A DNA stretch of 63,470 bases, filler included, from Psammoneis japonica (GCA_008632985.1; 3 parts of 3 records of this genome joined end to end with filler, not necessarily neighbours in it), one strand, 5' to 3'. Counted from the whole stretch's first letter, positions 1-13,748 are shown. Program-made: numbers and translations. Notes: generated by a model not told the origin, from the sequence alone.

Positions 1-2028
1 GTCTTTTCAAGGAAAACAAACGTGTCGTTTCAAGGAAAACAAACGTGTCGTTTCAAGGAAAACAAACATGTTTTTTCAAGGAAACCAAACATGTCTTTTC
101 AAGGAAAACAAATGTGTTGTTTCAGGGAAAACAAACATGTGGTTTCAGAGAAAACAAACATGTCTTTCAAGGAAAACAAACATGTCGTTTCAAGAAAAAC
201 AAACGTGTCGTTTCAAAGAAAACAAACATGTTTTTTCAAGGAAAACAAACGTGTCTTTTCAAGGAAAACAAACGTGTCGTTTCAGGGAAAACAAACATGT
301 CGTTTAAAGACAAACATGTTGTTTCAAAGAAAACAAACACATCTTTTCAAGGACAACAAACATGTCGTTTCAAGAAAAACAAAGGTGTCGTTTCAAGGAA
401 AACAAACACATCTTTTCAGAGAAAATCAAGGTGTCATTTCAAGAAAAACAAACATGTGGTTTCAAGGAAAACAAACGTGTCATTTCAAGGAAAACAAACA
501 TGTCTTTTGGAGGAAAACAAACATGTCTTTTCAAGGAAAACAAACATGTCATTTCAAGGAAAACAAACATGTCTTTTCAGAGAAAACAAACGTGTCATTT
601 CAAGGAAAACAAAACAAACGTGTCGTTTCAGGGAAAACAAACATGTGGTTTCAAGGAAAACAAACATGTCTTTTCAAGGAAAACAAACATGTCTTTTCAA
701 GAAAAACAAACATGTCGTTTCAAAGAAAACAAACATGTCTTTTCAAGGAAAACAAATGTGACGTTTCAAGGAAAACAAACATGTCTTTTCAAGGAAACAA
801 ATCATGTCTTTTCAATGAAAACAAGCGTGTCGTTTCAAGGAAAACAAACATGTCATTTCAAAGAAAACAAACATGTTGTTTCAAGGAAAACAAACATGTG
901 TTTTCAAGGAAAACAAACATGTGCTTTCAAGGAAAGCAAACATGTCGTTTCATGGAAAACAAGCACGTCTTTTCAAAGAAAACAAACATGTCTTTTCAAG
1001 GAAAACAAACGTGTCTTTTCAAGGAAAACAAACGTGTCATTTCAAGGAAAACAAACATGTCTTTTCAAGGAAAACAAACATGTTTTTTCATGGAAAACAA
1101 GCGTGTCTTTTCAAGAAAAACAAATGTGTTGTTTCGGGGAAAACAAACATGTGGTTTCAGAGAAAACAAACATGTCTTTTCAAGGAAAACAAACATGTCG
1201 TTTCAAGAAAAACAAACNNNNNNNNNNNNNNNNNNNNNNNNNNNNNNNNNNNNNNNNNNNNNNNNNNNNNNNNNNNNNNNNNNNNNNNNNNNNNNNNNNN
1301 NNNNNNNNNNNNNNNNNNNNNNNNNNNNNNNNNNNNNNNNNNNNNNNNNNNNNNNNNNNNNNNNNNNNNNNNNNNNNNNNNNNNNNNNNNNNNNNNNNNN
1401 NNNNNNNNNNNNNNNNNNNNNNNNNNNNNNNNNNNNNNNNNNNNNNNNNNNNNNNNNNNNNNNNNNNNNNNNNNNNNNNNNNNNNNNNNNNNNNNNNNNN
1501 NNNNNNNNNNNNNNNNNNNNNNNNNNNNNNNNNNNNNNNNNNNNNNNNNNNNNNNNNNNNNNNNNNNNNNNNNNNNNNNNNNNNNNNNNNNNNNNNNNNN
1601 NNNNNNNNNNNNNNNNNNNNNNNNNNNNNNNNNNNNNNNNNNNNNNNNNNNNNNNNNNNNNNNNNNNNNNNNNNNNNNNNNNNNNNNNNNNNNNNNNNNN
1701 NNNNNNNNNNNNNNNNNNNNNNNNNNNNNNNNNNNNNNNNNNNNNNNNNNNNNNNTTTCAAGGAGAACAAACATGTCGTTTCAAGGAAAACAAGCATGTC
1801 TTTTCAAGGAAAACAATTGTGTCTTTTCAAGGAAAATAAACGTGTCGTTTCAGGGAAAACAAACATGTGGTTTCAAGGAAAACAAACATGTCTTTTCAAG
1901 GAAAACAAACATGTGTTTTCAAGAAAAACAAATGTGCTGTTTCAGGGAAAACAAACATGTAGTTTCAAGGAAAACAAACATGTTGTTTCAAGGAAAACAA
2001 GCATGTCTGTTCAAGGAAAACAAGCGTG
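1..2028 (+). repeat. 23-bp tandem satellite (consensus ~TCTTTTCAAGGAAAACAAACATG), N gap at 1218-1755
   Basis: The unit repeats continuously with CATG/CGTG/CACG and TCT/TCG/TCA/TGG variants. The periodic 'FQGKQTC/FKENKHV/SRKTNM' ORFs are translations of it. Confidence 0.97.
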
Positions 2029-2404
2029 CCATGCCCACCATCACATCGGCGCTGCAACACCAACAGAGCCACATTGATGTTGTTGCATTCGCCGCTGTGG
2101 CAGAACCGCCATGGTGGGTGATGCCTTCCATTGTCCAACTCATTTTTGGATCCATTCATGTGCTTGCTGTCGATGCTGCTGCTTCTGCTGCTGCAATTTG
2201 ACCACATTCATGCCGGTTGCTGTTGTTGCGCTGTTTGAGACATTGCAGCTGTGAATGTGCTTTGAATTGCAGAAGGGGGGCACGGAAGAGATGCAGGTGA
2301 GCTTGTTTTCAGCATCAAAGCAAGTTGCGTTGCTGTCTCTTCCGTTGTCATTTGTTGCTCAACACCCAAACCTCTGCATGCGCGCTGGCTCATGTTCTTT
2401 TCTT

Positions 2405-5400
2405 GCATCAGAGTTCATTGAGATTGCCGCTGAAGTCGCGCGAGAGAGTCAGAAACACCGTGAAGAAAGAGATGCACGGATCGCAGAACTCGAGCCAGAA
2501 TGCACGAAACAGTCGAAGGCGAAAGCCCGAATGCCACAAAACCAATGCTGCACCGAAGAAACCAAACGAGTCTTTCGGAAAATCAATGCGTGCAAAAAGT
2601 CAGAAAACTCCAGTGTGCAAACTGTTCAAATTCCAGCAGATCCTCGAGATGACTCAAAGACATGTGAGAATTGGACAACGACAGACGCTCCAGACAACGT
2701 CGAATCTGCACTTCAGCACTGCAATCAACGCCATTTCGGGCAGGCACACGGAACTCCTCCCACGGTTCCTGTCTTGTCAAATCCAATGATGGAGATTTCA
2801 CGTGCATCCAGGAAGACTTCGCCAACCAGCGACGACGATTGCACTTCTTGCCACGACAGGAACATTCCAGCAATTGTCGGATTGTGTGCGAAGAGCAATG
2901 GCATGCATGAAAGAGCAGTCAAAGTCAACATGGCGACTTTGCATCACGCGCGCCACTGGCTGCACACTCTTCTGGGACTCGCCAAACGATGTTGTTCTCA
3001 TTCCTCTGAGTGTCCTTTGTGTGGAACAGGACAAGGCAGTGGAAATTCTCCCTGGCACTGGAACACTCTGTGCAGCAGACTCTTTGATGTTTTCGATGCA
3101 GAAGCTGTCGGATCACATTTCGAAACCCCGGACGGACAGTTTTGCATTTGAGTTTTCAACCGAGGACATGTCGACGACACTTCCAAGCAAGTGAACGACT
3201 TTAGAGCCAGCCCTCAGCCTTCTGCTTTCGAGTTGTCTCAATCTCTACAATCGGACAACCAGTTGTGGTGTGATCCACTGGATGCGGCCGGGCACAAACC
3301 AGAATTGCCAAAATGTTCTTTCCACACCATCGAGTGGGACTTCACGGAATGTGGCGAACCATGCATCCGCCCTCACCACGATGACATCGAAGTGGAAATC
3401 TTTTCTGCAGATCGTTCTGCTTCCAGGTGCAGCACGCAATTGTCTGCATGTGCGCCTCACAAAACCTTGGGACACTGCATGGCTCCGACAGGCACACAGA
3501 AGACTCAACTGAAGAAGTTGCTCCACAAGAGCAATGCAGTCTCCCCATTTGTCCAATCATGTCCTTTGGACAGAAGAGAAACATGGCGGTGCCATTGTGC
3601 TTGTCATTTATCTTCGATGACATGCGCGCTGGCAAATTCAAACTTCCTCCCCAAAGAACTCCAACAGGTCCAACAGAAGGCCATGCGGACGATTTTTGCC
3701 AAATGCGGACACAACAGGAACACCAAACAAGCAATCTTGTGTGGACCGCAAATCCCTTGGAGGAGGCGGGTTTCGATCACTGGACGTCAAGCAAGGAGTG
3801 GCCCAACTGCAACAATCGTTGAAGCACTCGAGAGGGGTCAAACACTTGCAGCTCGGGGAGGACCAACCGCACAAGCTTCTTCACATTGCCGCAGCGTGGA
3901 TCCAACTGAACTTGGGAACTGGCGAGAGTTTCTTGTGGGACGTCGACACCGCATTGCCTCATGTGGAATCTAGATGGCTCGCATCTGTTGGGCTGTTTTT
4001 ACAGCAGATCAAAGGCCGGGTGTTTCTGCGCCACAACGGGGTCCTTCCACTTCAACGAGACAACGACCAGTGCTTGATGGATGTTGCTTTGCATTCCCAG
4101 TCCTTTGCCGCACGAGAGATCCGGTGGCCAAACTGTTGCCGTCTGCACCTGAAAGTCTTGTCTGTTTCAGATGTTGCTCTGTCGGATGGAATGACGCTGG
4201 ATGGGTCAAAAGCACAAGGGGAACCGTCATTGCAGAGCAGTGTCGGTGCACTCAACAACATCGAGCAGTGCAAGCCATGCCAGCGAGCATGGAAAGTCTG
4301 GAAGAAATTTTGTCCAGCCCTGTGCCATCCGAAGTCACTGCGCTTGAAGGAACCCCCAGGAGATTGGCTTCTGCCACCATCCCAGATGAGAGTGCAGTCA
4401 ACTGCGTGCTTTTCTCCATCTGAGGAACACTTGCATGTGCGCTCTCCAACCGGCTGTGACACATTTCAAGCAAACAGGACCATCGCTGATTCTGTCAGAG
4501 AGATGGAGACTGCACCACATCCTTCCGATTCTTCTTGTCCAGTTGAGGTGTCTACCATCAAGGATGGACGATGGCATTTTGAGATCCCGCGCACTTCATC
4601 AACCGCTTTCCACTCTCCGACCACTCCAGATTCCTTTCTGTCGCATCTTCAGGGACTCGACAAGTGGGAATCTGTGCCATTTGAAGACTTGGTCTTTCAT
4701 GTTTCTCCACGAACAGTGGTTCGACACTTTCTTTCGTCTCATCTCACCGCAGGCAGTGATGGATCGGTCCAAGAAGGAGCCACCTTTGGGTGGACCATTG
4801 CCATGGATGGTGCACCACCAGTGGATCATGCAGGGCCAGTTTTTGGGAAGACTCCGTCCTCTCACCACGCAGAAGCTTGCGGCATTCCATCCATTGCAAG
4901 ATTCATCTGCCGGCTGTGCGAATGCTGCCGCGTTGCCGTTCCTTTGGGTGCAGTGATTCATTGCAATGACAAAGCACTGGCTGACTGTTTGTCTGAATTG
5001 ACTCCCATCCTGCCGGTGAGTGATCCCGAGAACAACGCACGCGAACAACACGACTTTCACATTCGCTGCCATGGGTCCAACGCTGTCGCTCCGGATTGGG
5101 ACATTTTGAATGAGATCCTCCACACCCAGCAAGCTTTGACGCAACTGTCGGATGCAGCCGATCTCGCTCTGCCTCCAGTGCGATGGGTGAAAGGACATCA
5201 AGACAGGCAATCTCCCGTCCACTCATTGCCGTTAAATGCCAGAGTTAACATCCGAGCGGACAAATTGGCAGGAGCTTGCCAAGGACATTGCCTGCACGAC
5301 ACGAATCAGGTCAAGCACCTGCCACATTGCCGCTCGCATCTGGAGATCAACGGGGGTGCAATCACGACGAATTGCAAGAAACAAATTCGGTGCACTGCTG

Positions 5401-5921
5401 CTGCTCCTGAATTGATGCAACATGTTGTTGAACGGAACAAATGGGATCCTTCAGTGGTTGACCTTGTCAACTGGAATGCTCGCGCGGTTCTGGTGAAACG
5501 TCACTCACAACAGCATGTTGACACAGTCAAACTGGTCCATGACTTGCTGCTGACTGATCTCTTGGAGACTGCACCACATCCTTCCGATTCTTCTTGTCCA
5601 GTTGAGGTGTCCACCATCAAGGATGGACGATGGCATTTTGAGATCCTGCGCACTTCATCAACCGCTTTCCACTCTCCGACCACTCCAGATTCCTTTCTGT
5701 CGCATCTTCAGGGACTCGACAAGTGGGAATCTGTGCCATTTGAAGACTTGGTCTTTCTTGTTTCTCCACGAACAGTGGCTTGACACTTTCTTTCGTCTCA
5801 TCTCACCGCAGGCAGTGATGGATCGGTCCAAGAAGGAGCCACCTTTGGGTGGACCATTGCCATGGATGGTGCGCCACCAGCGGATCATGCAGGGCGAGTT
5901 TTTGGGAAGACTCCGTCCTCT
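2405..5921 (+). mobile_element. Non-LTR retrotransposon (Ambal-like LINE) ORF2 fragment, RT + RNase H, degenerate copy 1
   Basis: RT motifs CGTGQGSGNSP and GHVDD, then 'FAKCG..LCGP..LGGGGF'; RNase H motifs GSDGS, SSHHAEACG, WVKGHQD and NIRADKLA. It lacks ~610 bp at 2779 relative to the copy at 8389-8997, and 5563-5921 re-duplicates ~4505-4862. Confidence 0.88.
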
Positions 5922-6584
5922 CAGAGTGCGCGAAATGCCAAAAATGTGTGGATTTGCATGATGACAATTTGTCAAAATGTTGCAAAAAATTGTTGTTGCA
6001 CAATGACACTCCAACCTCTGGTTGCAAGTTTGCTGTGCCAATGTCGCGACAACTTGTTGAGAATCATGTGTGCCATTTTTCACTGTGCCCACATCGCCAT
6101 TTCTGCCTCCACCTTGTTGCCATGTGCCAATCCATGATTGCACTGCCGCGCAATCCTTGGTTTGTCAATTTTTGCAAACAGGGGTGTGATCACAGAACCA
6201 CTTGCGTGCCTGCTTGTTCCTTCGTTTGCTGCCAGCGACAGTGTCTGGGCCAAGCGGATCCCATGTCGGCACAATCGGGATGTCTTTCTTTTCATTCTTG
6301 TCATGGCTTGACTTTTTCCTGCCTTGCTTTTTCCTCTTGACTGCCGCCTTGAGTTTCTTTTCTTTTTCCTTTCCCTCTTCCTTGGCGACAACGCCTGCAC
6401 AGAAAAAGCATCACCGTCATCTTCTTGTGAGATGCGCGCAACTCTTGAGTCACACACATTGGTCACCCAACTTACGGGCCATTGCCTCCGCCCCAGCAGC
6501 CGAGCACACCGTGTTTCTGAGATTGTCTACTTGCCTTTTTGCCGCCTTTTTTGCCCATTCCTCCCAAGTTCCTGACCAATTTGA
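5922..6584 (-). repeat. Inverted copy of the block at ~13943-14604 (and ~22699-23360)
   Basis: Near-identical reverse complement; the same ORF translations recur on the opposite strand (e.g. 5849..6340+ vs 14186..14578-). Confidence 0.9.
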
Positions 6585-7632
6585 GGAAAACAAACGTGTC
6601 GTTTCAAGGAAAACAAACACGTGGTTTCAAGGAAAACAAACATGTCGTTTAAAGAAAAACAAACATGTCGTTTCAAAAAAAACAAACATGTCTTTTCAAG
6701 GAAAACAAGCACATCGTTTCAAGGAAAACAAACGCGTTGTTTCAAGGAAAACAAACATGCATTTTCAGAGAAAAAAAAAATGTCTTTTCAAGAAAAAACA
6801 AACATGTTCAAATGTGGGTGCAGCTGAAGCACAAAACAACTCATCTTGTGTGGCCCACAAACTCTTGGCGGTGGTGGGTTTTGACCGCCAGATGTCAAAC
6901 AAGGAGTTGCTCAATTGTGGGCACTGCTCAAGCATTCCAGAGGCATCACACATCTTCATCTGGGAGAGGGTCAACCCCACAAATTGCTGCACATTGCAGT
7001 CTCATGGATCCAACTGCACTTGGGGACAGGCGCAAGCTTCTTGTGGGGCGCAGATGCTGTTCTCCTGCACATGGAATCGTGTTGGTTTGCTTCCGTCAGT
7101 GCGCTCTTGCACAGAATTCAAGGCACACTCATGTTGTTTCAAGAAAAACAAACACGTCATTTCAAAAAAAAATGTCATGGGAAAACAAGCTTGTCTTTTG
7201 AAGGAAAACAAACGCGTCGTTTCAAAGAAAACAAACATGTTGCTTCAAAGTCATCTCAACAAACATGTCGTTTCAAGGAAAACAAACATGTCTTTTCAAG
7301 GAAAACAAACGTGTGTTTTCAAGGAAAACAAACACGTGGTTTCAAGGAAAACAAACACGTGGTTTCAAGGAGAACAAACATGTCATTTCAAGGAAAACAA
7401 GCGTGTCTTTTCAAGGAAAACAATTGTGTCTTTTCAAGGAAAACAAATGTGTCGTTTCAGGGAAAACAAACATGTGGTTTCAAGGAAAACAAACATGTCT
7501 TTTCAAGGAAAACAAACATGTGTTTTCAAGAAAAACAAACATGCTGTTTCAGGGAAAACAAACATGTCGTTTCAAGGAAAACAAACATGTTGTTTCAAGG
7601 AAAACAAGCGTGTCTTTTCAAGGAAAACAAGC
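6585..7632 (+). repeat. 23-bp satellite arrays (6585-6808, 7131-7632) flanking a LINE fragment
   Basis: Same unit as 1-2028. Confidence 0.95.
6805..7130 (+). mobile_element. Short fragment of a diverged LINE subfamily embedded in satellite
   Basis: Translates FKCGCS*STKQLILCGPQTLGGGGF...QPHKLLHIAVSWIQLHLGTG, homologous to but clearly diverged from 3700-4020. Confidence 0.85.
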
Positions 7633-8009
7633 GTGCCATGCCCACCATCACATCGGCGCTGCAACACCAACAGAGCCACATTGATGTTGTTGCATTCGCC
7701 GCTGTGGCAGAACCGCCATGGTGGGTGATGCCTTCCATTGTCCAACTCATTTTTGGATCCATTCATGTGCTTGCTGTCGATGCTGCTGCTTCTGCTGCTG
7801 CAATTTGACCACGTTCATGCCGCTGCTGTTGTTGCCGCTGTTTGAGACATTGCAGCTGTGAGTGTGCTTTGAATTGCAGAAGGGGGGCACGGAAGAGATG
7901 CAGGTGAGCTTGTTTTCAGCATCAAAGCAAGTTGCGTTGCTGTCTCTTCCATTGTCATTTGTTGCTCAACACCCAAACCTCTGCATGCGCGCTGGCTCAT
8001 GTTCTTTTC

Positions 8010-11000
8010 TTGCGTCAGAGTTCATTGAGATTGCCGCTGAAGTCGCGCGAGAGAGTCAGAAACACCGTGAAGAAGAAAGAGATGCACGGATCGCAGAACT
8101 CGAGCCAGATTGCACGAAACAGTCGAAGGCGAAAGCCCGAATGCTACGAAACCAACGCTGTGCCGAAGAAACCAAACGAGTCTTTCGGAAAATCAACGCG
8201 TGCAAAAAGTCAGAAAACTCCAGCGTGCAAACTGTTCAAATTCCAGCAGATCCTCGAGATGATCCCAAGACATGTGAGAATTGGACAACGACAGACGCTC
8301 CAGATGACGTCGAATCTGCACTTCAGCACTGCAATCAACGCCATTTCGGGCAGGCACATGGAACTCCTCCCACGGTTCCTGTCTTGTCAGTGGATCTCGG
8401 ATGTGAAGGAGATGCCATCATGGCTGACCTGATCTCAGACAGTGAGTGCGAAACGGAACAACTGAGCCGGGCTGCATCGTTGCTGATCCAGCATCTCCAA
8501 TGACGCACACCCCCAGCAGTTCCTGGCACCCTTTCTCCTGAAGCCCTGCAGTCAAAGATTGCATTGTGGTCTGAATCTGCCTCTGCATCATTGAAATCGG
8601 GGATTCATTTGGGGCATTGGAAAGCTGTGCATGCTCCTCATTCTCATGCATCTGATTGCGATGATGACGGGAATCCATCCGATCGGAAAGAACTGCTGGA
8701 TTCGGCTCAACAGACTCTTGTGGCAGTGCAGCTCAACTTGATCAATTGCACTCTGAAGTGGGGCTGCTCGTACGAACGGTGGAAAGACATTGTGAGTGTG
8801 ATGATTTTCAAAGAACCAGGCAACAACAAGATTCACAGATTGCGAGTGATTCATGTTTGCGAGGCAGATTTCCAATTGATTGCAAGCGTCAAGTGGCAAG
8901 AGTTGGCTCAAAAATGTGGAGCACCATCACATGTGCAACCCAGGGATCTACGGATGCAGATCATTCCTCTCCACTCAAACACCAGCCGTTTCTTGAAAAT
9001 CCAATGATGGAGATTTCACGCGCATCCAGGAAGACTTCGCCAACCAGCGACGACGATTGCACTTCTTGTCACGACAGGAACATTCCAGCAATTGTCGGAT
9101 TGTGTGCGAAGAGCGATGGCATGCACGAAAGAGCAGTCAAAGTCAACATGGCGACTTTGCATCACGCGCGCCACTGGCTGCGCACTCTTCTGGGACTCGC
9201 CCAACGATGTTGTTCTCATTCCTCTGAGTGTCCTTTGTGTGGAACAGGACAAGGCAGTGGAAATTCTCCCTGGCACTGGAACACTCTGTGCAGCAGACTC
9301 TTTGATGTTTTCGATGCAGAAGCTGTCGGATCACATTTCGAAACCCCGGACGGACAGTTTTGCATTTGAGTTTTCAACCGAGGACATGTCGACGACACTT
9401 CCAAGCAAGTGAACGACTTTAGAGCCAGCCCTCAGCCTTCTGCTTTCGAGTTGTCTCAATCTCTACAATCGGACGACCAGTTGTGGTGTGATCCACTGGA
9501 TGCGGCCGGGCACAAACCAGAATTGCCAAAATGTTCTTTCCACGCCATCGAGCGGGACTTCACGGAATGTGGCGAACCATGCATCCGCCCTCACCACGAT
9601 GACATCGAAGTGGAAATCTTTTCTGCAGATCATTCTGCTTCCAGGTGCAGCACGCAATTGTCTGCATGTGCGCCTCACAAAACCTTGGGACACTGCATGG
9701 CTCCGACAGGCACACAGAAGACTCAACTGAAGAAGTTGCTCCACAAGAGCAATGCAGTCTCCCCATTTGTCCAATCATGTCCTTTGGACAGAAGAGAAAC
9801 ATGGCAGTGCCATTGTGCTTGTCATTTATCTTCAATGACATGCGCGCTGGCAAATTCAAACTTCCTCCCCAAAGAACTCCAACAGGTCCAACAGAAGGCC
9901 ATGCGGACGATTTTTGCCAAATGCGGACACAACAGGAACACCAAACAAGCAATCTTGTGTGGACCGCAATCCCTCGGAGGAGGCGGGTTTTGATCACTGG
10001 ACGTCGAGCAAGGAGTGGCCCAACTGCAACAATTGTTGAAGCACTCGAGAGGGGTCAAACACTTGCAGCTCGGGGAGGACCAACCGCACAAGCTTCTTCA
10101 CATCGCCGCAGCGTGGATCCAACTGAACTTGGGAACTGGCGAGAGTTTCTTGTGGGACGTCGACACCGCATTGCCTCATGTGGAATCTAGATGGTTCGCA
10201 TCTGTTGGGCTGTTTTTACAGCAGATCAAAGGCCGGGTGTTTCTGCACCACAACGGGGTCCTTCCACTTCAACGAGACAACGACCAGTGCTTGATGGATG
10301 TTGCTTTGCATTCCCAGTCCTTTGCCCGCGAGAGATCGGTGGCCAAACTGTTGCCGTCTGCACCTGAAAGTCTTGTCTGTTTCAGATGTTGCTCTGTCGG
10401 ATGGAATGACGCTGGATGGGTCAAAAGCACAAGGGGAACCGTCATTGCAGAGCAGTGTTGGTGCACTCAACAACATCGAGCAGTGCAAGCCATGCCAGCG
10501 AGCATGGAAAGTCTGGAAGAAATTTTGTTCAGCCCTGTGCCATCCGAAGTCACTGCGCTTGAAGGAACCCCCAGGAGATTGGCTTCTGCCACCATCCCAG
10601 ATGAGAGTGCAGTCAACTGCGTGCTTTTCTCCATCCGAGGAACACTTGCATGTGCGCTCTCCAACTGGTTGTGACACATTTCAAGCAAACAGGACCATCG
10701 CTGATTCTGTCAGAGAGATGGAGACTGCACCACATCCTTCCGATTCTTCTTGTCCAGTTGAGGTGTCTGCCATCAAGGACGGACGATGGCATTTCCGAGA
10801 TCCCGCGCACTTCATCAACCGCTTTCCACTCTCCGACCACTCCAGATTCCTTTCTGTCGCATCTTCAGGGACTCGACAAGTGGGAATCTGTGCCATTTGA
10901 AGACTTGGTCTTTCATGTTTCTCCACGAACAGTGGCTCGACACTTTCTTTCGTCTCATCTCACCGCAGGCAGTGATGGATCGGTCCAAGAAGGAGCCACC

Positions 11001-12190
11001 TTTGGGTGGACCATTGCCATGGATGGTGCACCACCAGTGGATCATGCAGGGCCAGTTTTTGGGAAGACTCCGTCCTCTCACCACGCAGAAGCTTGCGGCA
11101 TTCCATCCATTGCAAGATTCATCTGCCGGCTGTGCGAATGCTGCCGCGTTGCCGTTCCTTTGGTGCAGTGATTCATTGCAATGACAAAGCACTGGCTGAC
11201 TGTTTGTCTGAATTGACTCCCATCCTGCCGGTGAGTGATCCCGAGAACAACGCATGCGAACAACACGACTTTCACATTCGCTGCCATGGGGCCAACGCTG
11301 TCGCTCCGGATTGGCACATTTTGAATGAGATCCTCCACACCCAGCAAGCTTTGACGCAACTGTCGGATGCAGCCGATCTCGCTCTGCCTCCAGTGCGATG
11401 GGTGAAAGGACATCAAGACAGGCAATCTCCCATCCACTCATTGCCGTTAAATGCCAGAGTTAACATCCGAGCGGACAAATTGGCAGGAGCTTGCCAAGGA
11501 CATTGCCTGCACGACACGAATCAGGTCAAGCACCTGCCACATTGCCACTCGCATCTGGAGATCAATGGGGGTGCAATCACGACGAATTGCAAGAAACAAA
11601 TTTGGTGCGCTGCTGCTGCTCCTGAATTGATGCAACATGTTGTCGAACGGAACAAATGGGATCCTTCAGTGGTTGACCTTGTCGACTGGAATGCTCGCGC
11701 GGTTCTGGTGAAACGTCACTCACAACAGCATGTTGACACAGTCAAACTGGTCCATGACTTGCTGCCGACTGACAAGATTGCAAATCAACACAACCCAGTT
11801 CGACCGCACCAATGCATCACATGTGAGCATCCGATGGAAGACAGGGACCACATGCTTTGGTGTCCAAACAACGAACAGTGGAGAAGGAAGTTCCTGCAGG
11901 GTCTTTGATGCTGCTGCGACAAGATCGACACTGTGCCTGCTCTCCGAGACTTCCTCCTGGACATGCTTCAAGCCTGGTTTGATGACGAAATGACGTGCTT
12001 CGACAATGTGGACTGTTGATGCAAGGAACTTTGGTGAGCTCAATTGGATGTTGGTTGGAGACAGGTTTTCAACGGCAGATGCTCGCACATGTGGAATCTT
12101 TTGCAATCCGGACACCTGCGCGATTCTGGCATTCTACGACAATGTCAGGAAGAAAACAAACAGCCACCAGATTGGACGGTTCAGATCGGG
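8010..12190 (+). mobile_element. Ambal-like LINE ORF2, degenerate copy 2 (RT, RNase H, C-terminal CCHC-like region)
   Basis: SGIHLGHWKA, IFKEPGNNKIHRLRVIHVCEADF, CGTGQGSGNSP, GHVDD, RNase H motifs, CITC...HMLWC and GWRQVFNGR. Contains frameshifts and TGA stops. Preceded by a ~375-bp spacer (7633-8009) that matches 2024-2404. Confidence 0.9.
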
Positions 12191-12497
12191 TCTTTCAATG
12201 TGTTTGTCTTCAACATCAAACAAACGGCAAAGTTTGTGGCACAATCATGCCTCTTGCCACTCAACGTTTTTGCAAATGCACCTGCCCTGCACGATTCTTA
12301 AGACATTGTAGAATCGCGCTGTAACAAAAAATGTCAAAAGTTGTTGGATGGATCGCTCAACAAGTGCACCGTAAAATGACACAAAATGTCAAAAAAATCA
12401 CGTAGAAATCTACGTGCGCGACATGCGACGTGATTCAAAAAACTGTCGATGTCACAGTTCAGCAGTGCGAGGTCCCACCTGGACCTGGAACGCGTCA
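12190..12497 (-). repeat. Dispersed repeat end, probably a DNA-transposon terminus (other copies ~21500-21804; opposite orientation at 27250 and 35726)
   Basis: About 95 bp (GACGCGTTCCAG...GGGACCTCGCA.TGCTGAACTGTGACATC...CACGTAGA) is shared between scaffolds 1 and 2. Confidence 0.55.
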
Positions 12498-12665
12498 AAC
12501 ATGTCGTTTAAAGGAAAACAAACATGTTGTTTCAAAGAAAACAAACGTGTCTTTTCAAGGAAAACAAACATGTCTTTTCAAGGAAGGAAAACAAACGCGT
12601 TGTTTCAAGGAAAACAAACATGTCTTTTTGACAAAAACAAACATGTCTTTTCAAGAAAAACAAAC
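12497..12665 (+). repeat. 23-bp satellite, short array (duplicate at 21805-21931)
   Basis: Same unit. Confidence 0.93.
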
Positions 12666-13748
12666 AACTTGGAGCACGCCAAGAAAGCCTTGATGACAGT
12701 TGGCCGTTTTGGCATTTAACTCAGGCGAGCCATCCAGTTCAGGCCTGTTTCCCAAGCTCAAGGGCGTCGACGCATTTGTCGGAAGACACCTGTCAATTTG
12801 CTTGAGCTCCAACTCAACATCAGCCAATGCCCATTTGACTCAAAGGTCAGAGGACATGGCCCAGCGTGCCTTGCTTTCCAAGTCAGACAACTGGCACTTT
12901 CTGATCTGGGTGCCCAAGCGCTCCTCCGGCTCGCGAACACTTCTGTCCGTGAGCGTGCACCCAGTGCTCACTCAACCCATGATCTTGAAGTTGCGGACCC
13001 CTGCCTGGGCGTCACTCTGAGGGTGTTCTTGGCAGCCGTCAGACCAATGTTCCACCTCTTGGAGAGCATCTCCGGCGTGACAGTCGATGCACGACTCAAG
13101 GTCAACAGTGCATGCACCCCTTTCCACTTGGCACAATCCAGGTGGACGTCCAGATTGTTCCGTTCATGTGGCCGGTCTCCCCCAGTGTCATTGTGAGATG
13201 CACTGGCCTGAGCAGCCAAGCAGCGATGCAGAGAATCATCGTCATTTGCACCCACAATGATGCTCTCATTGTGATGGGATGTCTGACACGAACAAGCCGA
13301 AGCAATGCACCTGGTTGCACTCATCATTGTCAGCTGTCCACCGGACTTTGACGGTCCTTGGCACACACTGACACATGCGCGCTCTTCCTCCTTTTGCACC
13401 ATGGCATCAGCAGAAGGTTCCCATCCAAGGGATGGCGTCAGTTCCAGCCGGGGGAGGTTCTCCATGTCCTCCTGAGTCAGCTCGTGTGAGTCAAAGACCA
13501 AAGCAACACCTTGCGCGCGCAAATGCACCCTGATTTTCAAGTCAAGGAAAACAACAGAGTGCGCGCTGTTGGGATCAAACTGGCAAGGGGTGTCGTGGAC
13601 AGTCAGCTCACTTGCTCACAGTTGGCTGGGGCACAGCAGGGTGTCAGTCATTCTTTCCCTGAAAAACACAGCCTCGTGGGCTGGCAGTGGGCGTGGCTGT
13701 CCATTGGCTGGATCAACCCACATGGCAGCAGCCACGCAAATGGGGACA
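12666..13748 (-). mobile_element. Ty1/copia (diatom CoDi-like) pol fragment, internally deleted
   Basis: VTPEMLSKRWNIGLTAAKNTLRVT (pre-integrase region) is fused directly to an RT C-terminal segment (WAMSS..VK.A..VE..., RPELDGSPEL). Confidence 0.8.

Noticed and set aside
1..2028. CRISPR array or repeat-protein gene in the 23-bp repeats
   Set aside because: The units are head-to-tail with no unique spacers and no cas genes. The ORFs are open in all three frames only because the unit lacks stops.
2405..12190. Alternative genetic code or codon reassignment explaining Tyr>Cys/His
   Set aside because: Host genes in the window use Tyr and TA-containing codons normally, and non-coding repeats show the same TpA loss.
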